Source of the DNA: a virus
Virus record (IMG/VR): IMGVR_UViG_3300035670_000111
Location: 1-64,000 of that record
Direction: 5' to 3' (one strand)
Length of the DNA stretch: 64,000 bases
Shown in pieces: positions 18,216 to 28,085 of this stretch (the first letter of the stretch is position 1; every line of letters begins with the position of its first letter). Under the pieces are notes generated by a model. That model ran no database searches, had not been told where the DNA came from, and saw only the letters and a program-made list of their open reading frames with translations. Made by a program: the position numbers and the translations under genes.

Positions 18216-18654
18216 TTGAGACCACCTTTGTTTCTATTAATCCGAGTTCTATAAAAGTAGATAGGCACGATACGGATGCCGACATTGATATTAATTTAAA
18301 TAATCTAGTAAGTTCTTCGAAGTTATCTGGATCTGCAAACTCTCCCAGGTCATCATTAGTAAGTATGTAAGCTGAAGCAGAAACCCTAGCCGCAATATCT
18401 GCATGAGCGTCTATAAACGGCATCAAAGCATCAAACTTATCTAGACGTTCTTCGCTAGCCCTGACTTCCATATCATGGACTTCTTCAGAGATTGGGGGGA
18501 GACCCATAAGATTAGATATCTTTTCGGAATCATTAAAGATTGAATCATAAACTACTTGCCTAATTAATATTGGCAACGGTAAGTCTATAACTTTAGTTAT
18601 TAAACGATACTTTTTTCTGCGCTTAAAAGGCCACATTACTTTGCCTCTCCCCAA
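18205..18654 (-). CDS. Hypothetical protein
   Basis: ORF; real start probably MWPFK at 18636. Confidence 0.7.
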   Translation of the reverse strand: MGRGKVMWPFKRRKKYRLITKVIDLPLPILIRQVVYDSIFNDSEKISNLMGLPPISEEVHDMEVRASEERLDKFDALMPFIDAHADIAARVSASAYILTNDDLGEFADPDNFEELTRLFKLISMSASVSCLSTFIELGLIETKVVSNDE

Positions 18655-20612
18655 CGAGAAACTACTTTAACGTCGGCAATCATAGGTACTTTCAAAGCGT
18701 TTATACCTTCCATAGCCTCTCGTATGGCTTCAGCTGTGGCGTCTGCCAGACTATTAGGGGCAATAGTAACTAGTTCGTCATGTACAGTCAAAATCAGGTG
18801 AGAGTCCTCAGGGATCATATTTCTAGCCCTAACCATAGCAACCTTTATTAGATCCGCAGCTGAGCCCTGGATGACCGTATTAAACGCCTGACGTTCAGCC
18901 CTAGCGCGTTTCCATTGCTCTCTTGAGCGCAGATCGGGTAGATATCTTCTTCTCTTGAGTAAAGTGCTGGCAAAAGGTATTGGAGACTGTCTCCGGCACT
19001 CGCTTATAACCCGCTTCTTGTAGAGATTAACGGCAGGAAATTTATGTGAGAAGGAGTCTAAAAGGTTCCTAGCTTCGGTGAGAGTACAGCCAATTTCACT
19101 AGCAATTTTGTCTGGACCTACACCATAAGCCAAAGAAAGAACAAGAACCTTTCCAGCCTTTCTGTCGACTCCCATGGTATTTCCAATCGCCGTGTAGATG
19201 TCTTCGCCGTTTTTGTACGCGTTGACCATTGTTCGATCCTGGCTAAACGAAGCGATGATTCGAGGCTCGATCTGGCTGTAGTCCGCGACTACTAACTGAT
19301 GCCCCGGGGGAGCCACAAAAAGGTTTCTAATTGCCTTTCCATTTGCCGTATGTGGGGCAGGAACATTTTGAAGATTAGGGTTTCTACTAGAGAAGCGGCC
19401 GGTCTCGGCTCCATACTGAACAAAGTCGGTGTGAACCCGGTTCTTGTATAACAAACTCTCTTTAGCTACGACCTTTGACTTACCGGCGAGCGTACGAGTT
19501 ATATCTCCACCTAGATAAGGAATGACGTACGTGGTTAAAAGCTTATTTAGATCTGAATAGTTCATAAGGCAATCTACTAGAGCATCACGGCCCCTGAACT
19601 TCTCCATAGCAGGTTCCGATACGGAGAAGTCATGGACCGTGAGCGGAACTCCCTTTTCGGCGTGTGCTTTGCCAGCAGGAGTTAGCACTGTCGGTTTTAT
19701 GCCTCTTCCGCCTTCTTTCTTAGGCGTGAAAAGAAGGCGTTGTTTCTCAGGAACGGAGTTAATGTTAAATGCCTTACCAGCTAAAGAATAAATTTGTGCT
19801 TTCGTGTCTTCTAACTGTTTCTCTAAATCTGTCTTTAACAGTGAAAGTTGATCTACATCTATATCTGCTCCCCGCAGTTCCATCTCACAAATTACTTGAA
19901 GCACATCCATCTCAAGAGCAAAGATCCCTAAAAGACCGTCAGCCTTTAATTTGTCTGCATAGTGAAGGTAAAGCTTCCAGGTCCATTCAGCATCAAGTCC
20001 TGCGTAAGTAGCTACCTCATCAAAGGAGTGCTTTTCAATTTCTTTTCCAACACCTTTAACCATATCGTAATCAAACTCACGCTTTAGACAGTCGTCTAAA
20101 CCAAGCCCGATGCGATTCATATTGTTAAGAATAAAAGCAGCGTTTAAGGTACAGAAGAAGCCTGGTTCAGGCAACCCACCTATGTACTTAGAAACGCTTT
20201 GTAAGTCAAACTTTAGATTGTGCCCACCCTTTACCTTATCGCTCTTAAGTAAAGGCTTAAGAGCCTTGAATACTTCTCCAGGAGTTAATTGAGCAGGAGG
20301 TTCTGAAAATACTTTGGTGGCTTTCTTCTCATCTTTACTATAGTCCTGAGGACGGAGCTCCAAACCCTTTTCTAATCTGAGTTGAGCTGAGGGAAGAAGC
20401 GGGAAGTCAGTTCTAATATATTCGCCATTGGGATGGCCCATAGGTATTACATCTACGCGATCGTAGGTTGCTAATGCTATCCACACGACTTTATTCTGTC
20501 GCGGATCTCCTCTGTGGGATCCTAGAGTTTCTACGTCAAATACAAACGCATCTACTTTATTGTAGGCGTCGACAACTTCTTGCAGTTGTTCTTGATTATA
20601 AATAACCCTCAT
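18636..20612 (-). CDS. polA: Family A DNA polymerase with 3'-5' exonuclease
   Basis: FDVET, HNLKFD, YAGLDA exo motifs; TGRFSS.NPNLQN, DYSQIE, NT.IQGSAAD, VHDE. Confidence 0.96.
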   Translation of the reverse strand: MRVIYNQEQLQEVVDAYNKVDAFVFDVETLGSHRGDPRQNKVVWIALATYDRVDVIPMGHPNGEYIRTDFPLLPSAQLRLEKGLELRPQDYSKDEKKATKVFSEPPAQLTPGEVFKALKPLLKSDKVKGGHNLKFDLQSVSKYIGGLPEPGFFCTLNAAFILNNMNRIGLGLDDCLKREFDYDMVKGVGKEIEKHSFDEVATYAGLDAEWTWKLYLHYADKLKADGLLGIFALEMDVLQVICEMELRGADIDVDQLSLLKTDLEKQLEDTKAQIYSLAGKAFNINSVPEKQRLLFTPKKEGGRGIKPTVLTPAGKAHAEKGVPLTVHDFSVSEPAMEKFRGRDALVDCLMNYSDLNKLLTTYVIPYLGGDITRTLAGKSKVVAKESLLYKNRVHTDFVQYGAETGRFSSRNPNLQNVPAPHTANGKAIRNLFVAPPGHQLVVADYSQIEPRIIASFSQDRTMVNAYKNGEDIYTAIGNTMGVDRKAGKVLVLSLAYGVGPDKIASEIGCTLTEARNLLDSFSHKFPAVNLYKKRVISECRRQSPIPFASTLLKRRRYLPDLRSREQWKRARAERQAFNTVIQGSAADLIKVAMVRARNMIPEDSHLILTVHDELVTIAPNSLADATAEAIREAMEGINALKVPMIADVKVVSRWGEAK

Positions 20613-20617
20613 TTAAA

Positions 20618-20675
20618 CCTCCTTGTTAGACCGAGAGCCTTGGAAAAGGAGGGGGGAGGAAACCAAGGCCCTCGG
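20618..20675 (-). promoter_or_regulatory. Stem-loop with anti-SD loop upstream of polA (possible pseudoknot)
   Basis: 13-bp stem 20631-43/20663-75; loop contains CCTCCTT complementary to SD AAGGAGG at 20618-24. Confidence 0.6.
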
Positions 20676-20689
20676 CGATTAGTGAGAGA

Positions 20690-21445
20690 TTACTGGCCAG
20701 CGAGAATTTCTTTTGCTATCTCTTCAAGCTCAGTCTTAGAAGCAACGCGTAGTGCGTCAGGTCCAAGAGGCTTAAGGCTTGATAGCAATTGAGATGCTGC
20801 GGCAGGATCGATCTCCCAATCCTCAACAAGGTCACGCTCTTTTACGGGCATGATTGAGTAGGAAGTTTTAGTTCCTTGACCAGACTTGCTGACTGCCCAG
20901 TAAATATCTGGACGATCTAGCGGACCGGTTTTCTTATCTGCGTTCAGTTTTTCTAACTGACCACATAGACGGACACCAACTACCATGAGTTGTACTTGAG
21001 GTTCTTCCTCAAGATCAGTTAGGTTTACAACAGTAAACGCAAACTTCTGCTCAGGCTTGTTGCCTACTCGGCATAGTGGATCTCCATCCCAACCAATAAA
21101 GGACTTCTTACCAGGGCGATTTACCCAGTGTTGCAAAAAGCTCATAGGTTCTGCGGATAGGAACTTGATAAGCTGAACATTCTCTTCAAACTTGAAGTCA
21201 GCTGTATAAGTTTTGCTGGCGTTTGCTACTGCTTTCTTAGCAGCAGACCAGCCGGATTGAATGATTGAAGATCTTTCGGGAAGTTCGTTTTCATCTTCAG
21301 TTTCAAAAACGTCGTCTGAAACAACTTCTTCAAGAGTTTCTTCAGCAACATAGGTATTTACATTTGGCGCATCTTTCTTGATACGCAGTGAACTTGCTTG
21401 AACGCCCATTTGGGTAGTTCCTTTCTTTTCCATAGCCATTGGCAT
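20690..21445 (-). CDS. Single-stranded DNA-binding protein (gp32-like)
   Basis: IKFL, QHWV, SKSG.G.KTSY motifs; position next to polA. Confidence 0.6.
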   Translation of the reverse strand: MPMAMEKKGTTQMGVQASSLRIKKDAPNVNTYVAEETLEEVVSDDVFETEDENELPERSSIIQSGWSAAKKAVANASKTYTADFKFEENVQLIKFLSAEPMSFLQHWVNRPGKKSFIGWDGDPLCRVGNKPEQKFAFTVVNLTDLEEEPQVQLMVVGVRLCGQLEKLNADKKTGPLDRPDIYWAVSKSGQGTKTSYSIMPVKERDLVEDWEIDPAAASQLLSSLKPLGPDALRVASKTELEEIAKEILAGQ

Positions 21446-21909
21446 TATTCTGTTTCTTCGTTATGAATCTTCGTCCAGTTCTCCAGTAACTCTACTGATA
21501 GATCTGAATGTTGATTCCAATCAATCCGTGGAGCCTCTAAGAGATTCCGGGATTGAAAACTAGTTATTGTGGACTCAATAATAGCACGGCTATACATACG
21601 CCAGCCGGGCTCTTTCTTTCCATCCACTATTCGGGCTTTTAATCTGTAGGGAGCTCGAGGTATATATCCTTTTCTTTCCCATAGACGAATAGTAACAAGC
21701 GGTCGATTTAACGCAAGACAGAGAGATCCTGCACTAAACAGCTCGACGCTTTTACCATTTGGAAGCATCTTTAATTTACCCTGTGCTTCCCAGCCTTCCT
21801 TTTCTTCTTTCTTTTTAGGGTCAGGAAAAGACATTGACTTGCGTACACGTTTCGACCCAGGATAAAACTTGTCGATGTTCTTAAATAGCTCGTCAATGCT
21901 GTCTGACAT
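21445..21909 (-). CDS. MerR-like HTH DNA-binding protein
   Basis: L..ALNR..VTIRLWERKGYIP...R.YS. Confidence 0.75.
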   Translation of the reverse strand: MSDSIDELFKNIDKFYPGSKRVRKSMSFPDPKKKEEKEGWEAQGKLKMLPNGKSVELFSAGSLCLALNRPLVTIRLWERKGYIPRAPYRLKARIVDGKKEPGWRMYSRAIIESTITSFQSRNLLEAPRIDWNQHSDLSVELLENWTKIHNEETE

Positions 21910-21910
21910 A

Positions 21911-22351
21911 TTAACTCTTTGTTGGTACGAATGCCCAAGTAATTTTCTTAGGGAACATAGTGTCTATGTCCTCTTCGCTTAGCTTTCCTTCATAGAGTGC
22001 AGCCATTACTTCATCTTCTGCAATTGTAGGGACAGCCTTTATGCAACGTTCTGCTAATCCTTTTTTAGTAAGAATTAGAATAGCTGCATCCATATCTAAA
22101 CCTTGAGATACTCTGCGTTGACGCTGAATAGCGGTATAACCGTCAACTTCTTCGGGGAGCTCTACACGCACATGGCCACGATCATCTTCCTGGCCGTGCT
22201 CGATTACATACTCTGAGAGTTCTTCTTTAACTTTACTGTGTTCTTTTGAGATCGAATCAAGACGATTTTTTAATGAAACGAACTCACGGAACTTCTGTAT
22301 AAGAGGATTTTCTGTAGCTATTGTTCTAGATGGTTTTGCGGTTTTTGGCAC
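21911..22351 (-). CDS. Hypothetical protein (coiled-coil N-terminus)
   Basis: ORF with GGAGG RBS. Confidence 0.7.
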   Translation of the reverse strand: MPKTAKPSRTIATENPLIQKFREFVSLKNRLDSISKEHSKVKEELSEYVIEHGQEDDRGHVRVELPEEVDGYTAIQRQRRVSQGLDMDAAILILTKKGLAERCIKAVPTIAEDEVMAALYEGKLSEEDIDTMFPKKITWAFVPTKS

Positions 22352-22373
22352 GGTTCCCTCCTTGGATCCCTTT

Positions 22374-22517
22374 TTATTCTGAAGTGTATTCCTTCAGAGC
22401 CTCAATAATAACATCAGTAACAGTACGGTTGTCAAGTGCGGCTTTTTCCTTTACCGCATTCCACAACTCATCAGATACCCGAATGGTACGGGTAGGCGTC
22501 TTTGGCGAATTAGGCAA
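22374..22517 (-). CDS. 47-aa ribbon-helix-helix DNA-binding protein
   Basis: TTG start with AGGAG; MPNSPKTPTRTIRVSDELWNAVKEKAALDNRTVTDVIIEALKEY fits the Arc/CopG pattern. Confidence 0.85.
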   Translation of the reverse strand: MPNSPKTPTRTIRVSDELWNAVKEKAALDNRTVTDVIIEALKEYTSE

Positions 22518-22526
22518 GACAACTCC

Positions 22527-24119
22527 TTAAACTATAGTCGACTGTAGGAAGGCCCGCAAACTACCGGCAGTGAGGTTTACCCCACCTTTGTCGTTTATAC
22601 CCTGACCGTCTACCACAGCGTTTGCTACGGCATTTTTTTGTTCCAGCATGGCGTGCTGGCGTTCTTCTATTGAGCCGTCTATCAGTATATCTTGAATGAC
22701 TACGGACTTCCAGGCGCTAGAAGCTCTCATAATTCTACCGTTTCTTTGGGTAGCTAGCCCGGCATTCCAAGGCAAATCGTAATTTATCAGCATGTTGGCC
22801 TGAGGCAAATCTACGCCATATCCACCTGCATCTGAGCTTATTAGGACTCGACATTCAGGGTTAGTTTGAAACTCTACCTTAGAAGCCTCTTTAGTCTTCG
22901 CATCCATCTGACCTGTGTAGGTAGAAGACTTGTATCCCTTTTTAGCAAGGGCCTTTGCGATGATGTCGGTCATCAAAACATAGCTGGTAAAGATAACTAC
23001 TTTGTTTCCCTCATACTCGTCTAAGAACTCGTCAACAAAGTCTATTAGAACATCCAGTTTAGGAGCAGACTTTAAATCCTGGAGCATTCCAGCCTCTTTT
23101 AATTCCCACGCGTACTTGGATCCTTCATCAGTCATAGCATTAAAAATATCCGCCGAATGTCTTAGCAGATCTGGATGATCGCAGAGCATACGAAGCGCAG
23201 TCAGTTTAGACATGATCTTTCCTCGTAGCTGGTCTCCTATCCCACCTTGATCACTATTGTCTCCGTAATGAGAGAAGAGATCAAAGCGCGGACCAAAAGA
23301 GTTAAGTGCTTCATCTAGATCGTCTAGAACCTCTGTAACTATCTGTCGATAAAGCACAGAAGACTTGCGGTCAAACTCTACAAGTATTGGCTCTGCCCGT
23401 ATTTCTTCTGGAAGAAACGGTGCCACATCTGGATCTGATTGGCGCTTTCTAACAATAGCTTTAGCCAAAGTCTTGTGAAGTGTGGGAAGGTTTCTATATC
23501 GCTCAACCCCACCAAATTGATTCCTTACAATAAAAGTAGAATCAAAAAGATCAAACCTACCCAGCACTCGTGAATCTACAAACTGCATAATGCTGTAGAT
23601 CTCTTCGGGCTTTCCATTCTCTACCGGAGTTCCGGTCAGAGCAAACTTGAACTGAGCCTCTAATTGCTTGACGTATCTTGATCGTTTTGATTTGAAAGAT
23701 TTGATTGCGGTTGCTTCGTCGACAACGACGAATCCTCTTGGGAGACTTGATACATACTGCCAGTCGTTAACAACTTGCTCATAATTGATAATGACGTAAT
23801 CAATCCCATTTTTACGCCACTCGAACGCAGAGTGGTATTGCTCTGCTCTTTGTTCCTTTGTTCCATCCACAACCAAAGCTTTAGAAGATCCACCGGTAAA
23901 TTTCTCAATCTGGGACTCCCACTGATATTTCAGGGAAGATAGGCAGATAACTATACCGGGTTCTGTGATCTGTCCACTATCCATAAGCTGCTCAATTGCG
24001 GCAATAGTGAGCACAGTCTTACCTAGACCTAGGTCATATGCGACAAGCATTTTCTTTCGCGCAATCATTTTGTTTACAGCTTCGGGCTGGTAAGGAAGAA
24101 GAGTTCCAGTAAAAGTCAT
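22527..24119 (-). CDS. SNF2-family helicase/translocase
   Basis: LGLGKT, DEAT, LTGTPVEN, GG.GVDL, QRNGRI.R. Confidence 0.92.
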   Translation of the reverse strand: MTFTGTLLPYQPEAVNKMIARKKMLVAYDLGLGKTVLTIAAIEQLMDSGQITEPGIVICLSSLKYQWESQIEKFTGGSSKALVVDGTKEQRAEQYHSAFEWRKNGIDYVIINYEQVVNDWQYVSSLPRGFVVVDEATAIKSFKSKRSRYVKQLEAQFKFALTGTPVENGKPEEIYSIMQFVDSRVLGRFDLFDSTFIVRNQFGGVERYRNLPTLHKTLAKAIVRKRQSDPDVAPFLPEEIRAEPILVEFDRKSSVLYRQIVTEVLDDLDEALNSFGPRFDLFSHYGDNSDQGGIGDQLRGKIMSKLTALRMLCDHPDLLRHSADIFNAMTDEGSKYAWELKEAGMLQDLKSAPKLDVLIDFVDEFLDEYEGNKVVIFTSYVLMTDIIAKALAKKGYKSSTYTGQMDAKTKEASKVEFQTNPECRVLISSDAGGYGVDLPQANMLINYDLPWNAGLATQRNGRIMRASSAWKSVVIQDILIDGSIEERQHAMLEQKNAVANAVVDGQGINDKGGVNLTAGSLRAFLQSTIV

Positions 24120-25063
24120 TTGATAGCCATCCTCCCTAGAACACAATGTTTGGCATTCTCTAGACCCCAGTCTATCTGATCTAGAGTCAAATCGCCAATG
24201 TCCTTTTTGTCCGAATCCCCGTAATTAAAGAACCAACACTCGATTCCTAGCTTTCTAAAAGAATCTAATAAAAAGTTACTAGCCTTTATGCCGGCTGGAT
24301 CGTTGTCCATAGCAATTACTAGGGTCTCAGCTCTACGCATGATCTCAATCTGATCTGCGCTAACTATTGCTCCACAGGTAGCCACGCCGCCAGAGATGCC
24401 CAAAGATTTTAATTTAACGGCATCTAAGGGGGATTCAACAACAATCATCTGCCCTGACTCCCAGATATCTAAACCAAATAAAGTTTTTGATTTTGGGATG
24501 CCTGGAGGACGGTTAAAAAATCTTCTAGATATGTGGCCCTTCTCCTGCCATCCCAAAAGTTTTTTATGGTCGACTGAGCGTATAGGCAGGACCCAAGTAG
24601 AGTCAGACTCTCTCCACCTAACCCCATACAAGTTGCAGGCTTCAACAGTCAGGTCACGATCTTTAGCCGCCCATTCAGGCACATCCTTAAAGATTGCTAA
24701 CCGAGCCTCGCTCATAGGAACTAGCTTGGGCAGATGAATGTAGGTTTTTCTAGCCTCATCTAACTGCTTGGATAACAGCTCCCAATCTACTTCTACATTC
24801 GATCTAAGCCATTGTTTGGCCTTTTCTAGATCTCCGTACTCTAGGAGATCAGAAATTAAAGTTAATAGGTTGCCTTTGTAACCGCAAGAAAAACAATGAT
24901 GGGCACCAGTCTCTGAGTTTATGGACCACGAAGGGTTGGCGTCTTCTTTGCCTACCCTGTACTTGTGCATAGGACAAGCAGCAAACAATTCACTACGTCG
25001 TTCGGTACTGTCTATACCTAAACGAAGTAAGGCTTTTTCTATGTCCCCTTCTTTATAAAACAT
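24116..25063 (-). CDS. DnaG-type DNA primase
   Basis: CP.H...CFSC zinc finger; VES..DA and DND.AG TOPRIM motifs. Confidence 0.92.
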   Translation of the reverse strand: MFYKEGDIEKALLRLGIDSTERRSELFAACPMHKYRVGKEDANPSWSINSETGAHHCFSCGYKGNLLTLISDLLEYGDLEKAKQWLRSNVEVDWELLSKQLDEARKTYIHLPKLVPMSEARLAIFKDVPEWAAKDRDLTVEACNLYGVRWRESDSTWVLPIRSVDHKKLLGWQEKGHISRRFFNRPPGIPKSKTLFGLDIWESGQMIVVESPLDAVKLKSLGISGGVATCGAIVSADQIEIMRRAETLVIAMDNDPAGIKASNFLLDSFRKLGIECWFFNYGDSDKKDIGDLTLDQIDWGLENAKHCVLGRMAIK

Positions 25064-25275
25064 TAGTGCCTATCCAAGGGTGTAGGAGCTGTTGCATAGG
25101 TTCCACATACAGAGCATTCCATATCTAAAAAGTATGTTGCAATCTCATAGTCATCAAAGCAAGCTTTGACATTCCAGATGTTTGACTCACATACCGGACA
25201 CTCGTGAAGGATTTCTTTTTCATAATCCATAGACCCCGTGTAATCCGGCTTGAGTTCACGAATAGACTTTTTCAT
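25063..25275 (-). CDS. Small Zn-ribbon protein
   Basis: CPVC...CSVC; start at MKKSIREL, since the longer track ORF overlaps whiB. Confidence 0.7.
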   Translation of the reverse strand: MKKSIRELKPDYTGSMDYEKEILHECPVCESNIWNVKACFDDYEIATYFLDMECSVCGTYATAPTPLDRH

Positions 25276-25513
25276 ACTTCCTTCTATGGGATCTAAGTCT
25301 CTGACGTTCTCTCGGGGTTGTGGCGCCCCATATTCCGTCCAGATCCGCATTAGATATCGCGTAGTCGAGGCAGTCAGAGATAAGAGGGCACTGATTACAG
25401 ATAGCTTTAGCAGCGTTAACTTTAGCCCGAGCAGTGTAATCTTCCGGAAAAAATAATTCCGGATCTTCTTTTTTACAGAGCTGACGGCCATCATACGGAT
25501 AATGAAGATCCAT
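25256..25513 (-). CDS. whiB: WhiB family transcription factor (second copy)
   Basis: C...DPELFFP, AKAIC..CP...C, GIWGATT.RER. Confidence 0.92.
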   Translation of the reverse strand: MDLHYPYDGRQLCKKEDPELFFPEDYTARAKVNAAKAICNQCPLISDCLDYAISNADLDGIWGATTPRERQRLRSHRRKYEKVYS

Positions 25514-26723
25514 ATTCCTCAAACCTTCCCTCTTCCCAATCCCAGAGTAGCTCTACTTCCGCAGGGCCACAGTTGCGACTTGCAACAATTTTTAACAATC
25601 TAGAAGTGTCATCTGTTTCGTCTTGCCGCTGTAATCCAAATATAACGTCTGAGTCTTGGAAGAAAGATGATGAGTAACCAATGGAATCTGCAGTTACCTG
25701 TCCTCTACGCATCTTGTGAGTCAGCACCTGAGTAGTAATAACTATTGGCTTCTCATGCTGTTGTGCGAGGCGCTTCATAGACCTGCTTATATTTGTAAGA
25801 GCTAGAGGAGTAGTCATCTCCCCTGTCATCTCATCTACCATCAAGTAAACGCCGTCAACAAAAATAATATCGGGCTGAAGCTTTTCTATCTTTAAAGATA
25901 AAGTGCTTATGGTCTGAGCTGACACGGACTCGGTTAGGAAGAAGTTGTGCATGTTCTCCATCTTCTCCAAGGTCCGCTTGTATCGTATTTCTTCTTCAGG
26001 CTTAAGTGCCCCACGCATTAAACGACCACTGGAGATGTGAGCACGCATCGCATCATGACGACGTTGTTGCTCTATGTTGCTCATCTCAAAAGATTGGAAC
26101 ATAGGAACAAACCCGTCTTCGTGTACGTTTACTGCCATTTGCATAGCCAGAACTGATTTACCAGTCTTGGGTGGAGCAATAATTGTGATGAGCTGTCCTG
26201 GCTGTAAACCAGCAGTAGCAAAGTCCATAACCTGAAAACCGGTAGCCATTCCAAGTAAACCGTTAGGCCTGGTCTTTACATTAAGGTACTCATCAAATCT
26301 TTTTAAAGGATCTCTTGTAAGGTTTATATCAGTTACTTGAGATACGCCTTCTTCAGTTAACTTTGCAACACCAGCACCCATAAGAGTGAGAGCTTCGTGA
26401 TGGTCTCCAGAAGAAATAGCGTCTGCAGCTAACTGAACTACTTCTATAGTCTTCTGACGTTTTCTATATTCAATTAACTGATCTAGAAGATATAAAGAAC
26501 TATCTTGTACATCTAAAAGCCTGTATGTTGGGAAGTTATCTTTTACTGTTACCGCGGTAGGTACTTCGCTGTACTTCTTCCAATGATCGTGTATGAATCT
26601 CCATACAGCTCGGTTATCGTCTACATAAAACCAATCGTCGCGGATACCGCGCTCTAGCAATGGCGCGATGTCTCTATCACGTATGGCTTTTGATATAAGC
26701 CGTACTTCGTTATCCGCTGCCAC
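25491..26723 (-). CDS. dnaB: DnaB-like replicative helicase
   Basis: APPKTGKS, FEMS, IFVDG, K.LA, QDSD, RN motifs. Confidence 0.92.
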   Translation of the reverse strand: MAADNEVRLISKAIRDRDIAPLLERGIRDDWFYVDDNRAVWRFIHDHWKKYSEVPTAVTVKDNFPTYRLLDVQDSSLYLLDQLIEYRKRQKTIEVVQLAADAISSGDHHEALTLMGAGVAKLTEEGVSQVTDINLTRDPLKRFDEYLNVKTRPNGLLGMATGFQVMDFATAGLQPGQLITIIAPPKTGKSVLAMQMAVNVHEDGFVPMFQSFEMSNIEQQRRHDAMRAHISSGRLMRGALKPEEEIRYKRTLEKMENMHNFFLTESVSAQTISTLSLKIEKLQPDIIFVDGVYLMVDEMTGEMTTPLALTNISRSMKRLAQQHEKPIVITTQVLTHKMRRGQVTADSIGYSSSFFQDSDVIFGLQRQDETDDTSRLLKIVASRNCGPAEVELLWDWEEGRFEEYGSSLSV

Positions 26724-27130
26724 TAAATGCTCCTACCGATATCTATAAATCTGCTGCCGTATCTTAGACCCCTGTCAGGCAAATCCACAACTCCCATTAG
26801 CTCTGGCCTATAAGGAAGCTCACGAACCAGGTCTGACACAGACTGATAACAAACGTAGTAATTAAAAGGGTTGGTGCCTAAATTGTCAAGATCGTCTTGA
26901 ATCTCTTTCATTTCTTTTTTTGTATATCCAAAACCAACCAACTCAAGGACGTAGTTGTACCTATTTGCGTATCTCCAAAATAAAGACAGAGCCTGACGGT
27001 TGTAAGTAATCTCTTCTTCAAAAACAGGGATACCAAATACTCGCTTAACGTTAGGCTTTTTATCTATTATGCAATCTAAAGTAACCGCAACTCTTAGCGG
27101 AACTTCGTTTGAGATATCCCCCCCTTTCAA
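26723..27130 (-). CDS. Hypothetical protein in the replication operon
   Basis: Coupled ORF. Confidence 0.7.
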   Translation of the reverse strand: MKGGDISNEVPLRVAVTLDCIIDKKPNVKRVFGIPVFEEEITYNRQALSLFWRYANRYNYVLELVGFGYTKKEMKEIQDDLDNLGTNPFNYYVCYQSVSDLVRELPYRPELMGVVDLPDRGLRYGSRFIDIGRSI

Positions 27131-27132
27131 GA

Positions 27133-27399
27133 TTAAATAACCTCTATCTTTCCGTACTTCATAAGTAAATTTCTAAATTCATCATCAGATTCTTTTGCTT
27201 TTTTTATTGCAGAATCTGGAGTTGCCTTGTCTACCTGTATTGGGAAAACGCCATTAGCTAAACTCGTCTCGCACCAAGTTACGTGTTTGCACTTTTTACG
27301 TTGCTTAAAACCCTCACAAGTGCATGAAAGATTTGCCGCCGTATCAGTTAAAACTTCTTCTACTCCTGTAAGACCTAAAAAGAACTGAATGGTTTTCAT
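27133..27399 (-). CDS. SWIM zinc-finger protein
   Basis: CTC...CKH. Confidence 0.75.
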   Translation of the reverse strand: MKTIQFFLGLTGVEEVLTDTAANLSCTCEGFKQRKKCKHVTWCETSLANGVFPIQVDKATPDSAIKKAKESDDEFRNLLMKYGKIEVI

Positions 27400-28085
27400 A
27401 GTTTTCTTCTATCCCCTTCCTTGGAAGTAATAACATATGGGAAAAAAGCTTCGTGTGCAAAACTTGCCATAGGACTGCCGTATACGTCTGCCCATTGTTG
27501 TAACGGAATGTTTGTTGTGATAATGGTAGGTAGTCCAGCATTAAACCTAGAACGCAATAGAGCGTCAAAAGTATTCTCAGACCAACCCGATACATTTCGG
27601 TATTCCTTGCCGAGATCATCGAGGATCAGAATCTTTACGTTTAAGTGATCCGGGTTATCCCCGTAAATGCCGTCTACCAGGGTGGCTTCTAGATCGTCTG
27701 AGTCTGGCTCCCATTGACGCTTCTGAAGCCTTAGGAACCTTGGATAGTCTGTAAAGTACGCTGGACGGGCTGGGGACCTTTCAAGAGACCCTAGGACCTC
27801 TCTAGGAATGCCCCGTAGAAGCTCCTGGAGGGCCGTAGAGGCCAGAGTAGTCTTCCCGTGACCTGGATTACCGATCAGAAGCAGACCCATACCGCAGGTG
27901 GGCTCCCCAACGGCTTTTATGACCTTGCCGGAATTGACCAGATCTATCCACTTCTTGACCCCGTCTACAACATTGCCTTCATAAGGCCGGAGGTCAGAAA
28001 GCTCCAACCCAACGGTTTTCATTGGGAGACTAGCCTTGTTGATGTAGGAGCGAATGCTAGGAGCTATAGTATTTAAACTATACAT
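27396..28085 (-). CDS. DnaC/IstB-like AAA+ helicase loader
   Basis: GNPGHGKT, LILDDLGKE, R....LPTIITTN. Confidence 0.9.
   Translation of the reverse strand: MYSLNTIAPSIRSYINKASLPMKTVGLELSDLRPYEGNVVDGVKKWIDLVNSGKVIKAVGEPTCGMGLLLIGNPGHGKTTLASTALQELLRGIPREVLGSLERSPARPAYFTDYPRFLRLQKRQWEPDSDDLEATLVDGIYGDNPDHLNVKILILDDLGKEYRNVSGWSENTFDALLRSRFNAGLPTIITTNIPLQQWADVYGSPMASFAHEAFFPYVITSKEGDRRKL

Noticed and set aside
25276-25494. N-terminal extension of track ORF 25063-25494
   Set aside because: Overlaps whiB in another frame; real start is likely 25275
406-26723. Inteins or introns in nrdJ, recA, polA, SNF2, dnaB
   Set aside because: Lengths are normal, motifs are contiguous, and no splice motifs or homing endonucleases were seen
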